Source: Pristiophorus japonicus (Eukaryota). From it: a DNA stretch of 64,000 nucleotides. Positions 11,601 through 23,896 of this stretch are shown here, one piece after another. Within the stretch, counting starts at the first letter, position 1, and every line of letters begins with the position of its first letter. The stretch lies in NCBI RefSeq assembly GCF_044704955.1, contig NC_091981.1:71734001-71798000 (forward strand), written 5' to 3'. The notes under the pieces are model-generated. The model saw only the letters and a list, made by a program, of their open reading frames with translations, was not told where the DNA came from and did not search any database. The translations under genes were made by a program, and so were the position numbers.

Positions 11601-14122
11601 ATTTAGTTTTAGGGAATGAAGCTGGGCAGGTGGAAGGAGTATCAGTGGAAGAGCATTTTTGTGGCAGTGATCATAATTCAGTTAGTTTTAGCATAGTTAT
11701 GGATCAGGATAAAGATAAAATAGAAGTGAAGGTTCTAAATTGGGAGAAGTCCAATTTTACTAGGTTGAGAAGTGATTTAGCAAAAGTAAACAACAACATT
11801 CAAGGTAAATTAGTGTCAGAGCAGAGACATTCAAGAGGGAGGCACATGGAGTTCAGGGTAAACATGTTCCCACAAAGAAACAGGGTAGAACTGTCAAATT
11901 TAGAGCTGCCTGGATGATCAGGTGCATGCAGGGTAAGATGAGGCAAAAAAAAGCTTATATTAGATATCGAAAGCTCAATACTGCAGAAAGCCTAGAAGAG
12001 TATAGAAAGTGTAGGGATGAAATTAAGAAGGCAATTAGGAAAGCAAAGAAGGGACATGAAAAACTACTGGGAAGTAGAATCAAAGAAAACCTGAAGATAT
12101 TTTATAATTACATAAAGAGCAAGAGGATAACTAAGGAAAGAGTAGGGCCTATCAGGGACCAAAATGGTGATCTGTGTATGGAGGCGGAGGATGTGGGTAA
12201 GGTACTTGATGAATACTTTGCAGCTGTCTTCACAAAAGATAGGGACGATGCAGAGATTGAAGTTAAGGAGGAAGAGAGTTAAATATTGGATGGGATAAAC
12301 ATAGTAAGAGAGGAAGTATTCGGGCGCTTAGCATCTTTAAAAGTAGATAAATCACCAGAGCCGGAGGAAATACATCCTAGGCTATTAAAGGAAGCGTGAG
12401 GAAATTGCAGAGGCTCTGACAATCATTTTCCAATTCTTCCTGGCTACAGGAGTGGTGCCAGAGGATTGGCAACTGCTAATGCTGTACCATTATTTGGCCC
12501 CCTCACCTGCGAGAGAACAGCCCCGCAGGTCGGCAAGTAAAAGAGCTGGAGCAGTGGGCCCTGGGACAGAGTGGCCCCCCGACCTGTGAAAGAACAGCTC
12601 CGCAAATCGGGCTATAAAAGAACTGGAGCAGCATACCACTTCAACCTCCAGCACGAGCTGCTCCAAGGATTTTGAGATGGGCGATGTCATCAAAACCCTG
12701 GTCACTGTTTTGGAGCGTGGGCAGGAACATCGGCAGGGCCCAGGTACAGAGGAGTGGGAAGGTCGGAACGGAGGAGCGGTGAGTGTTTGTGGCGGAGCTG
12801 CGACAGATGATGGTATGGTGCCCAGAAGAGCCGAGGGCCCAGGGTAAGCACGGGCCAGCCCACACTGCGATGTGTGTGCGCACTAGGTCCATGCAGCAGA
12901 GCTGGTCTCCAGTTGTCCTGGTTCAACCCTTGCCACTGGACCAAGATCTAGCTCTGTCAAGCCCGTGTGGTGGCTGGCGTGCAACGGTCACCACACGCTA
13001 AAAAAATCCACGCACAGGCATCTTCCAGTCCCTCAATTGGAGCTCAGGACTGGAACATCGGGTCCTTCATCGAAACACCTGTGAACTCATGGAAGCAAGT
13101 CATCCTCGTTTGAGGGACCGCCTATGATATGATTTAAAAAGGAGGAAGGAATAAACCGAGTAATTACAGGCCAGTTAGTTTAACCTTGGTGTTGGGAAAA
13201 TTATTGGAATCCATTCTGAGGGACAGTATAAACATTCATCTAGAAAGATTAATCAAAGACAGCATGGATTTGTTAAGGGACGGTCGTGTCTGATGAACTT
13301 GATTGAAATTTTTGTGGAGGTAACAAGGAGGATCGATGAGGGTAGTGTGTTTGATGTAATCTACATGGATTTTAGCAAGGCTTTTGACAAGGTCCCACAT
13401 GGCAGGCGGCTGATCAAAAATGAAAAAGCTCATGGGTTCCAAGGGAGAGTGGCAAATTGGAGCCAAATATTTGCTCCGTGGCAGGAAGCAAAGGTTAATG
13501 TTTGACGAATGTTTTTGCGACTGAAAGGCTGTTTCCAGTGGGGTTCCACAGGGCTCTGTACTCCGTCACTTGCTCTTTGTAGTATAATGCTAATGATTTA
13601 GACTTGAATGTAGGGGGCATGAAAAATAAATTTGCAGACGATACAAAAATTAGCCGTGAGGAGGAAAGCTTTAGATTGCAGGAAGAAATCGATGAACTGG
13701 TCAGTTGGGCAGAAAAGTTGAAAATTGAATTCAATCTGAAAAAGTGTGTTAATGCATTTGGGGAGTGGGCAACAAGGCAAGGGAATACACAATAAATGGG
13801 AGGATACTGAGCGGTGTGGAGGATCAGAGTGTAAGTCCACAGATCTTTAAAGGTAGCAGGACAGTTCAATAAGGTAGTTAAAAAGGCATACAGAATGCTT
13901 CCTGTATTAGCCGAGGCACAGAATACAAGAGCAGGGAAGTTATGCTAGAAAAGTATTCAACACTGGTTAGGCCACAGCTTGAGTACTGTGTGCAGTTCTG
14001 GCAACCAAATTACAGGAAAGATGTGATTGCATGAGAGGGTGAGAAGGAGATTTACGAGGATTATTGCCAGGACTGGAAAATTTTAGCTGAGGAAAGGTTG
14101 AATAGGCTGGGGTTGTTTTCCA
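11600..14122 (+). mobile_element. Older CR1 subfamily ORF2, degraded; interrupted by an RTE-derived element
   Basis: GSDHNSVSF, ERVGPIRDQNG, DFSKAFDKVPH, KFADDTKI in successive frames. Confidence 0.9.
12495..13133 (+). mobile_element. Non-autonomous RTE-derived element (RTE 5' region joined to RTE 3' end)
   Basis: 12850-13060 resembles the RTE 5' region at 46080-46250 (reverse complement). Its 3' end 'tggaagcaagtcatcctcg..gagggaccgcctatgat' matches the RTE end at 47833-47880. It splits the CR1 motif gtaccattattt|aaaaaaggagg. Confidence 0.75.
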
Positions 14123-15616
14123 GAAAACATAAGAGAACATAAGAAATAGGAGCAGAAATAGGCCATTTGACCCCTCGAGCCTGTTCCGCCATTTAATAAG
14201 ATCATGGCTGATCTGATCATGGACTCGGCTCCACTTTCCTACCCGCTCCCTATAAACCTTTACTCCCTTATCACCTAAAAATCTGTCTGTCTACGCCTTA
14301 AATATATTCAATGACCCAGCCTCCACAGGGCTCTGAGGCAGAGAATTATACAGATTTGCATCCCTCTGAGAAAAATTCCTCCTCATCTCCATTTTAAATG
14401 GGCGGCCCCTTATTCTGAGACTATGCTCCCTAGTTTTAGTTTCCCCTATGAGTGGAAATATACATCTGATTGCACCTTGTCGAGCCCCCTCATTATCTTA
14501 TGTTTCAATAAAATCACCCCTCATTCTTCTGAACTCTGATGAGTATAGGCCCAACCTACTCAACCTAACTTCATAAGTCATCCCCTTCATCTCCGGAATC
14601 AATCTAGTGAACCTTCTCTGAACAGCCTCCAATGCAAGTATATCCTTCCTTAAATACGGAGAACAAAACTTTACGCAGTAGTCTAGGTGTGGCCTCACCA
14701 ATACCCTGTAAAGTTGTAGCAGGACTTCTCTGCTTTTATACTCTCTCTCCACCTTGCAATAAAGGCCAACGTTCCATTTGCCTTCCTGATTACTTGCTAT
14801 ACCTGCATACTAACTTTTTGTATTTCATGCACAAGGATCCCCAGGTCCCTCTGTACTGCAGCACTTTATAATTTTTCTCCATTTAAATTATAATTTGCTT
14901 TCCTATTTTTTCTGCCAAAGTGGATAACCTCACATTTTCCCACATTGTACTCCATCTACCAAATTTTTATCCACTCACCTTAGCCTCTCTACATCCCTTT
15001 ATAGATTATTTGTGTCCTCCTCACAACTTGGTTTCCCACCCATCTTTGTATCATCAGCAAACTTAGCTACATTACACTCTGTCCATTCATCTAAGTCATT
15101 GATATAGATTGTAAATAGTTGAGGCCCCAGCACTGATCCCTGCAGCACCCCACTATTTACTGTTTACCAACCGGAAAATGACCCATTTATCCCAACTCTC
15201 TGTTTTCTCTTAGCCAATCCTCTATCCATGCTAATATATTACCCCCAACCCCGTGAACTTTTATCTTGTGCAGCAACCTTTTATGTGGCACTTTATCGAA
15301 TGCCTTCTGGAAATCCAAATACACCACATCCACTGGTTCCCCCTTATCCACCCTGCTCGTTACACCCTCAAAGAACTCCTGCAAATTTGTCAAACACTAC
15401 TTCCCTTTCATAAAACCATGCTGACTCTACTTGATTGAATTATGCTTTTCCAAATGTTTGCTTCCAGTATTTTCCCAACGAAGATGTTAGGCTAACTGGT
15501 CTATAATTTCCTGCTTTCTCTCTGCCTCCTTTTTTTTAAATAGGGGTGTTACATTAGCATTTTTCCAATCTGCTGGGACCTCCCCAGAATCCAGGGAACT
15601 TTGGTAGGTTACAATC

Positions 15617-18600
15617 TGTAATGACTCGAGTCTGGTTACTGTAAACTCACAGGTGCAATCTGATCCATCTTTATTCCAGCCCGAGAGTGCATGTGTGACA
15701 AAGACATCCAGCTTATATACAGGTGACCAAGCACACATGCCACATGCGTACATAGAAACATAGAAAATAGGTGCAGGAGCAGGTCATTCGGCCCTTCAAG
15801 CCTGCACCGCCATTCAATATGATCGTGGCTGGTCATGCAACTTCAGTACCACACTCCCGATTACTCTCCATACCCCCTGATCACCTTAGCCGTAAGGGCC
15901 ACATCTAACTCCCTCTTGAATATATCCAACAAACTGGACTCAACAAATTTCTGTGGTAGAGAATTCCACAGGTTCACCACTCTGGGTGAAAAGGTTTCTC
16001 CTCATCTCGGTCCTATATGGCTTACCCCTTATCCTTAGACTGCGACCCCTGGTTCTGGACTTCCCCCAACATCGGAAACATTCTTCCTGCATCTAACCTG
16101 TCCAGTCCCATCATAATTTTATGTTTCTATGCGATCTCCTCTCATTCTTATAAATTCCAGTGAGTATAAGCCTAGCCAATCCAGTCTGTCTTCATATGTC
16201 AGTCCTGCCATCCTGGGAATTAGTCTGGTGAACCTTCACTGCACTCCCTCAATAGCAAGCACATCCTTCCTCAGATTAGGAGACCAAAACTGCACACAAT
16301 TTTCAAGGTGTTCTCTCACCAAGGCCTTGTACAACTGCAGTAAGACCTCCCTGCTCTTATACTCAAATTCGCTCGCTATGAAGGCCAGCATGCCATTTGC
16401 TTTCTTTACTTCCTGTTGTACCTGCATGCCTACCTTCAGTGACTGATACCAGGTCTTGTTGCACCTCATCTTTTACTAATCTGTCACCATTCAGATTATC
16501 TGCCTTCCTGTTCTTACCACCAAAGTGGATAACCTCACATTTATCCACATTATACTGCATCTGCCATGCATTTGCCCACTCACCTAACCTGTCCAAGTCA
16601 CCCTGCAGCCTCTTAGCATCCTCCTCACAGCTCACACTGCCACCCGGCATAGTGTCATCTGCAAACTTGGAGATATTACATTCAATTCCTTTGTCTAAAT
16701 CATTAATGTATATTGTAAATAGCTGGGGTCCCAGCACTGAATCTTGCGGTACCCCACGAGTCACTGCCTGCCGTTCTGAAAAGGACCCGTTTATTCCCAC
16801 TCTTTGCTTCCTGTCTGCCAACCAGTTCTCTATCCACATCAATACATTACCCCCCCAATAGCATGTGCCTTAATTTTGCACACTAATCTCTTGTGTGGGA
16901 CCTTGTCAAAGGCCTTTTGAAAGTCCACTGGTTCTCCCTTATCCACTCTACTAGTTACATCCTCAAAAAAACTCGAAGATTTGTCAAGCATGATTTCCCT
17001 TTCATAAATCCATGCTGACTTGGACCGATCATGTCACTGCTTTCCAAATGCGCTGTTATTACATTTTTAATAATTGATTCCAGCATTTTCCCCACCACCG
17101 ATGTCAGGCTAACCAGTCTATAATTCACTGTTTTCACACTCCCTCCTTTTTTAAAAAGTAGGGTTACATTAGCTACCCTCCAATCCATAGGAACTGATCC
17201 AGAATTGTGAAAAATTACCACCAATGCATCTACTATTTCTAGTGCCACTTCCTTAGTCTGCATCCCAGAGTACTTATCAGGCCCCGGGGATTTATCGGCC
17301 TTCAGTCCCATCAGTTTCCCGAATACCATTTCCTAACTAATAAGGATTTCCCTCAGTTCCTCCTTCTCGCTAGACCCTCGGTTGCCTAGTATTTCTGGGA
17401 GGTTATTCGTGTCTTCCTTCCTTAGTGAAGACAGAACCAAAGTATTTGTTCAATTGGTCTGCCAGTTCCTTGTTCCCCAATTAAGAATTCACCTGATTCT
17501 GACTGCAAGCGACCTACATTAGTCTTCACCTAATCTTTATCGCTTCACATATCTATAGAAGCTTTTGGATTAATTTTTTACATTCCCTGCAAGCTTACTC
17601 TATTTTCCCTCTCCTAATTAAATCCTTTGTCCTCCTCTGCTGAATTCTAAATTTCTCCCATTCCTCAGGTTTGTTGCTTTTTCTGGCCAATTTATATGCC
17701 TCTTCCTTGGATTTAACACTATCCCTAATTTCCTTTGTTAGCCACGGTTCAGCCACCTTTTCTGTTTTATTTTTTACGCCAGACAGGGATGTACAATAGT
17801 TGTGATTCATCTATGTGATCTTTAAATGTCTGCCATTGCCTATCCACCGTCTACCCTTTAAGTGTAATTCGCGAATCTATCCGAGCCAAATCACATCTCA
17901 TACCATCGAAGTTTCCTTTCTTTAAGTTCAGGATCCTCATCTCTGAATTAACTGTGTCGCTCTCCATCTTAATGAAGAATTCTACCATATTATGGTCACT
18001 CTTCCCCAAGGAGCCACGCACGACCAGATTTCTAATTAATTCCCCTCTCGTTTCGCAAGACTCAGTCTAGGATGGCCTGCTCTCTAGTTGGTTCCTCGAC
18101 ATATTGGTCCAGAAAACCATGCCTTATACACTCCAGGAAATCCTCCTCCACAGTATTGCTACGAGTTTAGTTAGCCCAATCAATATGTAGGTTAAAGTCA
18201 CTCATGATAACTGCTGTACCCTTATTGCACGCATCCCTAATTTCCTGTTTGATGCCATCCCCAACCTCCCTACTACTGTTTGGTGGTCTGTACACAACTC
18301 CCACTAATGCTTTCTGCCCTTTGGTGTTTTGCAGCTCTACCCATATAGACTCCACATCATCCAAGCTAATGTCCTTCCTTTCTATTGCATTAACCTCCTC
18401 TTTAACCAGTAACCAATTCACCTCCTTTTCCTTCCTGTCTATCCTTCCTGAATATTGAATACCTCTGAATGTTGAGTTCCCAGCCGAGTCTCCGTAATCC
18501 CAATTACATCATATCCGTTAACAGCTACCTGCACAGTTAATTCGTCCACCTTATTACGAATGCTCCTCTCATTGAGACTCGGAGCTTTCAGGCTCGTTTT

Positions 18601-20000
18601 TTTTTAAACACGCTTTGTCCTTTTAGAATTATGTTGTAATGTGGCCCTTTTTGATTTTTGCCCTTGATTTCTCTGCCCTCCATTCTTGCTTTTTGCCTTC
18701 CTATCTTTTGCTTCTGCCCCTTTTTTTAATTTCCCTCTGCCTCCCTGCATAGATTCCCATCCCCCTGCCATATTAGTTTAACCCCTTCCCAACAGCATTA
18801 GCAAACACTCTGCCTAGGACATAGTTTCCGGTCCTGCCCAGATGCAAACCGTCCGGTTTGTACTGGTCCCACCTCCCCCAGAACCGGTTCCAATGGCCAA
18901 GGAATTTGAATCCCCCCTCCTTGCACCATTCCTCAAGCCATATATTCATCTGAACTATCCTGCAATTGCTACTCTGACTAGCATGTGAGATTATTATCTT
19001 TGAGATCCTACTTTTTAATTTAACTCCTAGCTCCCTAAATTCAGACCTCATCCCATTTTTTACCTATATGCACCACGACAGCTGGCTGTTCACCCTCCCC
19101 CTTCAGAATGTGCTGCAGCCGCTCCAAGACATCCTTGACCCTTGCACCAAGGAGGCAACATACCATCCTGGAGTCTCGTTTACGGCCGCAGAAACGCCTA
19201 TCTCTCCCCTTACAATAAAATCCCCTATCACTATCGCTCTCCCACACTTTTTCCTGCCTTCCTGTGCAGCAGAGCCACCCCTGGTGCCATGGACTGGGCT
19301 GCTGCTGCCTTCCCCTGATGAGCCACCTCCCCCAACAGTATCCAAAACAGTATATCTGTTTTGGAGGGAGGTGATCGCAGGGGACCCCTGCACCTTCCTT
19401 CCCTTGCTCTTCCTGATGGGTCACCCTTTCCCTATCTGGCTGTGTAACCTTTGCCTACGGTGTGACCAACTCAGTAAACGTACTATTCACGACATCCTCA
19501 GCATTGCAGAGTGAATCCATGCGCAGCTCCAGTGCCACAATGTGATCTGTCAGAAGCTGCAGCTGGACATACTTCCTGCACACATAGTGGTCAGGTACAC
19601 TGGAAGCGTCCCTGATTTCCCACATAGCACAGGAGGAGAATGACACAGGTCTGGGCTCTCCTGCCATGACTTAACCCTTAGATTAACTTAATTTGGCAAC
19701 AATGCTAATGGTTTCCTACTGATAAGAAAAGAAGAAAAAGATCAAATACTCACCAATCCACCAGCCAATCACTTACCCACTTGGCTGTGACATCACACTT
19801 CGATTTCTTTTGACTTCCGTGTTTACCTTCTGCCCGTGCCCCTGCACCAGCAGGCTCCTTGAACTCCCGCTGGCTGCTCCTGTGGCCGCTCCCCAACAGT
19901 CGCGCCCTTTTATGGGCCGCCCCTCGAACAGCCCGATGACCAACCGACCATGGCACCCTCTGGTGTCTGGTGACCCCGAAGCATTATGTTATGTATTAAT
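15617..20000 (-). mobile_element. Probable solo LTR (15617-15750 plus about 19940-20000), split by a full-length CR1
   Basis: Starts TGTAA. Contains reverse-strand AATAAA (tttatt) and TATATAA. Layout resembles the LTR at 43119-43383. Possible AATC target duplication; the terminal CA is unclear. Confidence 0.5.
15751..19935 (-). mobile_element. Near full-length degraded CR1 (5'UTR, ORF1 with Cys-rich N-terminus and SGNH esterase domain, ORF2)
   Basis: ORF1 pieces SCAMWEIRDASSVPDHYVCRKY, RAIVIGDFIVRG, EQPAVVVHIG and YKPDGLHL; ORF2 APE/RT pieces; tail catagaaacatagaaaatagg at 15751. Confidence 0.92.
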
Positions 20001-21237
20001 CAATGTATCCACTATCTAGGCAGCCACTTCTTTTAGGACCCTATGATACAGGGGACTTGTCTGCCTTTAGTCCCATTATTTTACTGAATACTACTACTTT
20101 AGTACCTCCACTATTGGGATGTTTTTAGTGTCTTCTACCATGAAGACCGATACAAAATATTTATACAATGTCTCTGCCATTTCCCTGTTCCCCATTATTA
20201 ATTCCCCAGCCTTATCCTCTAGGGAACCAACATTTCCTTCAGCCACTCTTTTCCTTTTTATGTACCTGTGGAAACTCTTACTATCTTTTTATATTTTGTG
20301 CTAGTTTCCTTTCATAATCTATCTCCCCCTCATTTTTTTTTAGTCTTTCTTTGCTGGCTTTTAAAGGTTTCTCAATTCTCTGGCCTATCACTAGTCTTGG
20401 CCACATTATATGCCCTTGTTTTCAATTAGCCACGGATGGTTATCCCTTCTCTTACAGTCTTTCCTTCTCATTGTAATATATTTTTGTGAGAGTTATAAAG
20501 TATCTCCATAAATGTCTGCCATTGCTCATCAACCGTCCCATACTTTGATTTATTTTCCCAGTCCACTTTAGCCAACTCTACCTTCATACCTTTGTAGTCT
20601 CCTTTATTTAAGCTTAGGATACTGGTTTGAGATCTAACTTTCTTACGCTCCAACTGAATTTCAAATTCAACCATGTTATGGTCACTCATTGCTCGAGGAT
20701 CCTTTACTAGGAGATTGTTTATTAATCCTATCGTATTACACAGTAAATGATCGAAGAAAGCCTGTTCCCTGGTTGGTTCTGCAATGTACTGTTAAAGGAA
20801 ACTATCCCGGATACACTCTATGAACTCTACCTCAAGGCTACCCTGGTCAATTTGCTTTGTCCAATCAATATGAAGGTTAAAATCGCCCATGATTATTGCC
20901 GTTCCTTTTTTTACAAGCCTCCATTATTTCTTGATTTATAGTCCATCCAACAATGTAGCTATTGATAGGGGGCCTATAGACTACCAGTGACTTTTTCCCT
21001 TTATTATTCCTTCTCTCCACCCAAGCTGATTCTACATCTTGATCTTCTGAGCCACTATAGTTTCTCACTAATGTACTGATCTCATCCTTTATTAACAGAG
21101 CTCCCCCACCTCCTTTTCCTTTCTGTCTGTCCTTCTGACTTGTCAAACACCTCTGAATATTTAGTTCCCAGCCTTGGTCACCTTGCAACCACATCTTGGT
21201 AATGGCTATCAGATTTGTACCCATTTATATCTATTTC

Positions 21238-21635
21238 ATAGGAGGCTGAGGGAAAATTTAATTGAGGTGTATAAAATTAATGAGCGGCCTAAGTAGAGTG
21301 GATAGGATGGACCTATTTCCTTTAGCAGAGGGGTCACTAACCAGGGGGCATAGATTTAAAGTAGTTGGTAGAAGGATTAGAGGGAAGATGAGGAAATACT
21401 TTTTCACCCAGAGGCTGGTGGTTGTCGTCCGGAACTCACTGCCTGAAAGGGTGGTAGAGGCAGAAACCCTCATCACATTTTAAAAAGTATTTGGATCTGC
21501 ACTTAAAGAGCCGTGATGTACAGGGCTACGGACCAAGAGCTGGGAAATGGGATCAGGCTGGCTAGTTCTTTTCGATCGACACGGACAAGAATGGTTGAAT
21601 GGCCTCCTTGTAATTTATTGTAATTTTCTCTAATT
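21238..21635 (+). mobile_element. CR1 3' end fragment
   Basis: DLFPLAEGSLTRGHRFKV..FFTQR..NSLPERVVEA. Confidence 0.85.
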
Positions 21636-21726
21636 CTAAGATGTGTTGAACTTGGACTGCCATTTTGCAATTCAGTGCAAAGGCAGTCAGAATATTTTTT
21701 GATGACCAATGTGATGAAGATATAAT

Positions 21727-22682
21727 GGGCCATAAATGGTGGTCTCTCCAATTTGCACCTGTAGAGGCCTCGGAAGTACCAGTTTTAGTCGTGCGATACG
21801 CATGCGCCTAAAACCAGCATTTGCGATCTGTCAAAATGTCCTTTGACAGATCATAACATAAGAAATAGGAGCAGGTGATGGCCCCTCGAGCCTGCTCCAC
21901 CATTTTATACGATCTTGGCTGATCCGATCATGGACTCGGGTCCACTTCCCTGCTGCCACCCATAACCCCTTACTCCCTTATCGGTTAAGAAACTATCTAT
22001 TTCACTCTTAAATTTATTCAATGTCCCAGCTTCCACAGCTCTGAGAGGTAGCAAATTCCACAGATTTACAACCCTCTGAGAAAAGAAATTTCTCCTCGTC
22101 TCAATTTTAAATCGCAAGCATCCCTGGGAGAAGGGTCTTTGCGGGTGGAGATTTGGGCTATTTGCCCAGCAAATGTCCTTCAAACTCTTATGCCTGGTAT
22201 AAGCAGGCATAAGGCCTGTTTTTACCAGCGTGAGAGTTTTAATAGAAAAAAATAAATGTTATGACTTATTTTTATATTAAAACTCTGTCTATGAAGGTAA
22301 GTTTATTCTAAACACTATTAAAACATTTTTTTAATTTGAAAAAAATAAATATTTTTCTTAACCATTTAAGTTAATGCAATTTCTATTAATTTAAAATATA
22401 ATTTTTGTTGTATTTGATTTTAGAAGTATTCTCTTGATAGTAATGAGGCTCGGAGCTCCCATTACTATGAATGAGAATATTACATTGTGATTGGTGGTCC
22501 AGACCCACATGATCCTAGGATACGCATACACTCCTGGAAGACATGGGCTCGAATGCTGGACTGTGCATCTCGGCCTGGGAGCGCAATTTTACGTTGCTCT
22601 GGGACCATCAGGTATTTTTGTTAATAAAATTTTGGTCAGAGGCATCTGCCCACAAGATTTCTTTTGACAATTTTCGGGCCAA
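21727..22682. mobile_element. Non-autonomous DNA transposon (MITE, Harbinger-like), carrying a minus-strand CR1 3' fragment at about 21855-22112
   Basis: Imperfect terminal inverted repeats (gggccataaat...attttcgggcc) and internal hairpins; homologous to 29757-30250 and, in reverse orientation, to 35973-36710. Confidence 0.65.
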
Positions 22683-23177
22683 TGGTATCCAGTCGTATAA
22701 TGCGTTTGTGTTAGTTGACCTTAGAACAACTGAGATGAGTCACAGGCAAAAGAACGATTTCTGATCAGTGTGCATTCTGTACCCTTATGCCCATCAGTAA
22801 CTATTGCTTTGGAACCTGGGCTCCATATAGAGTAACTTCACCAATCCCCAATTCAAAACTGCACTCCCTTTTTGTGTGTGACTGCCCACCGGGAATACAA
22901 GATTGGTGAATTTACCATAAAATATATATAATACACAGACTATTTTCATGGCCATGTTAAATAGAATTACAAATTACAGCACAGAAATAGACCATTCAGT
23001 CCAACCAGTCAGTGTCTGTGTTTATGCTCCACACAAGCAAATATTTGGGGATTAAATAATTATGAAAGTCCTTAAGTTCATATGCTTTCTCCAATGAGTT
23101 TTCCTTGTTTGTTGTGAATTGTTCTTCAATTGAAGAATTTGTTTCCTTCTGATATTTTTCTATTTTCCTTTTGACAG

Positions 23178-23256
23178 ACTGAATGCATTGACTTCATCTT
23201 CAGAAGATAAACTAGGGATGTCCAAGGAAATACGAGTCAATACGACTCAAAAAGAG
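23178..23256 (+). CDS. SYCP2L: SYCP2-like coding exon: (R)LNALTSSSEDKLGMSKEIRVNTTQKE
   Basis: Pyrimidine tract plus ttgacag acceptor; phase 2 matches the exon ending at 7528 (AG|A = Arg); open frame; donor gtattt; lies in non-repetitive DNA. Confidence 0.65.
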
Positions 23257-23474
23257 GTATTTTTAAAGAAGTCTGTAAGGACATGCACTGGTTGTGATTC
23301 CAAAATCAATGGTCTCGGCCTTTTCTCAAGATAAACATTGAATTTAATTTTCTTGTGATTTTCTAATTTATTTCTTGTCTGCACCCGTCCCCCCACTTCA
23401 TTATCATATTTATATATGTTTTTGCACATGTCAACCCAAATTCTGCCCTGCAGATCGCACCCTAGCATCACCCC

Positions 23475-23715
23475 GTGTTTTGTTCTGGGATGTGGCCATT
23501 GCTGGCAAGGCCAGCATTTATTGTCCATCCCTAATTGCCCTTGAGCAGGTGGTGGTGAGCCTCCTTCTTAAACCGCTGCAGTCCTTGCGGTGAAGGTACT
23601 TCCATCGTCCTGTTGGGGAGGGAGTTCCAGGATTTTGACCCAGCGACAATGAAGGAACAGCGATATATTTCCAAGTCAGGATGGTGTGTAACTTGGAGGG
23701 GCACTTTGTTCCAGG
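23475..23715 (-). mobile_element. LINE 3' end of a different shark CR1/L2-group family (related copies at 36975-37420 and 54865-54925)
   Basis: [31 protein letters not shown], then 'gggatggacaataaatgctggccttgccagc'. Confidence 0.75.
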
Positions 23716-23896
23716 AAGCAATCACACCTTTTAGGTTAAGCGGTACTTTAGAGTTGGTCAATGGTCAGGGAGAGGATGATGTGACTGCGTCAGGAAGGTA
23801 TGGGGAACTAGGATATAGTAATGGAGGAGCTTCAGCAAGGAGGACTGCAGGGAGGATGGGCAAACTGACCATGACACCGTGGCACAGGAGGCTATT

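Larger units (their letters stand above)
14125..21235 (-). mobile_element. CR1 split into 14125-15616 and about 20000-21235 by nested insertions
   Basis: 3' tail 'aaacataagagaacataagaaatagg'. RT motifs run to 15616 and the sequence resumes in register at about 20000 (aatgtatccactatct), followed by APE motifs (SDHNMVEF, WLQGDQGWELNIQ). Confidence 0.85.
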
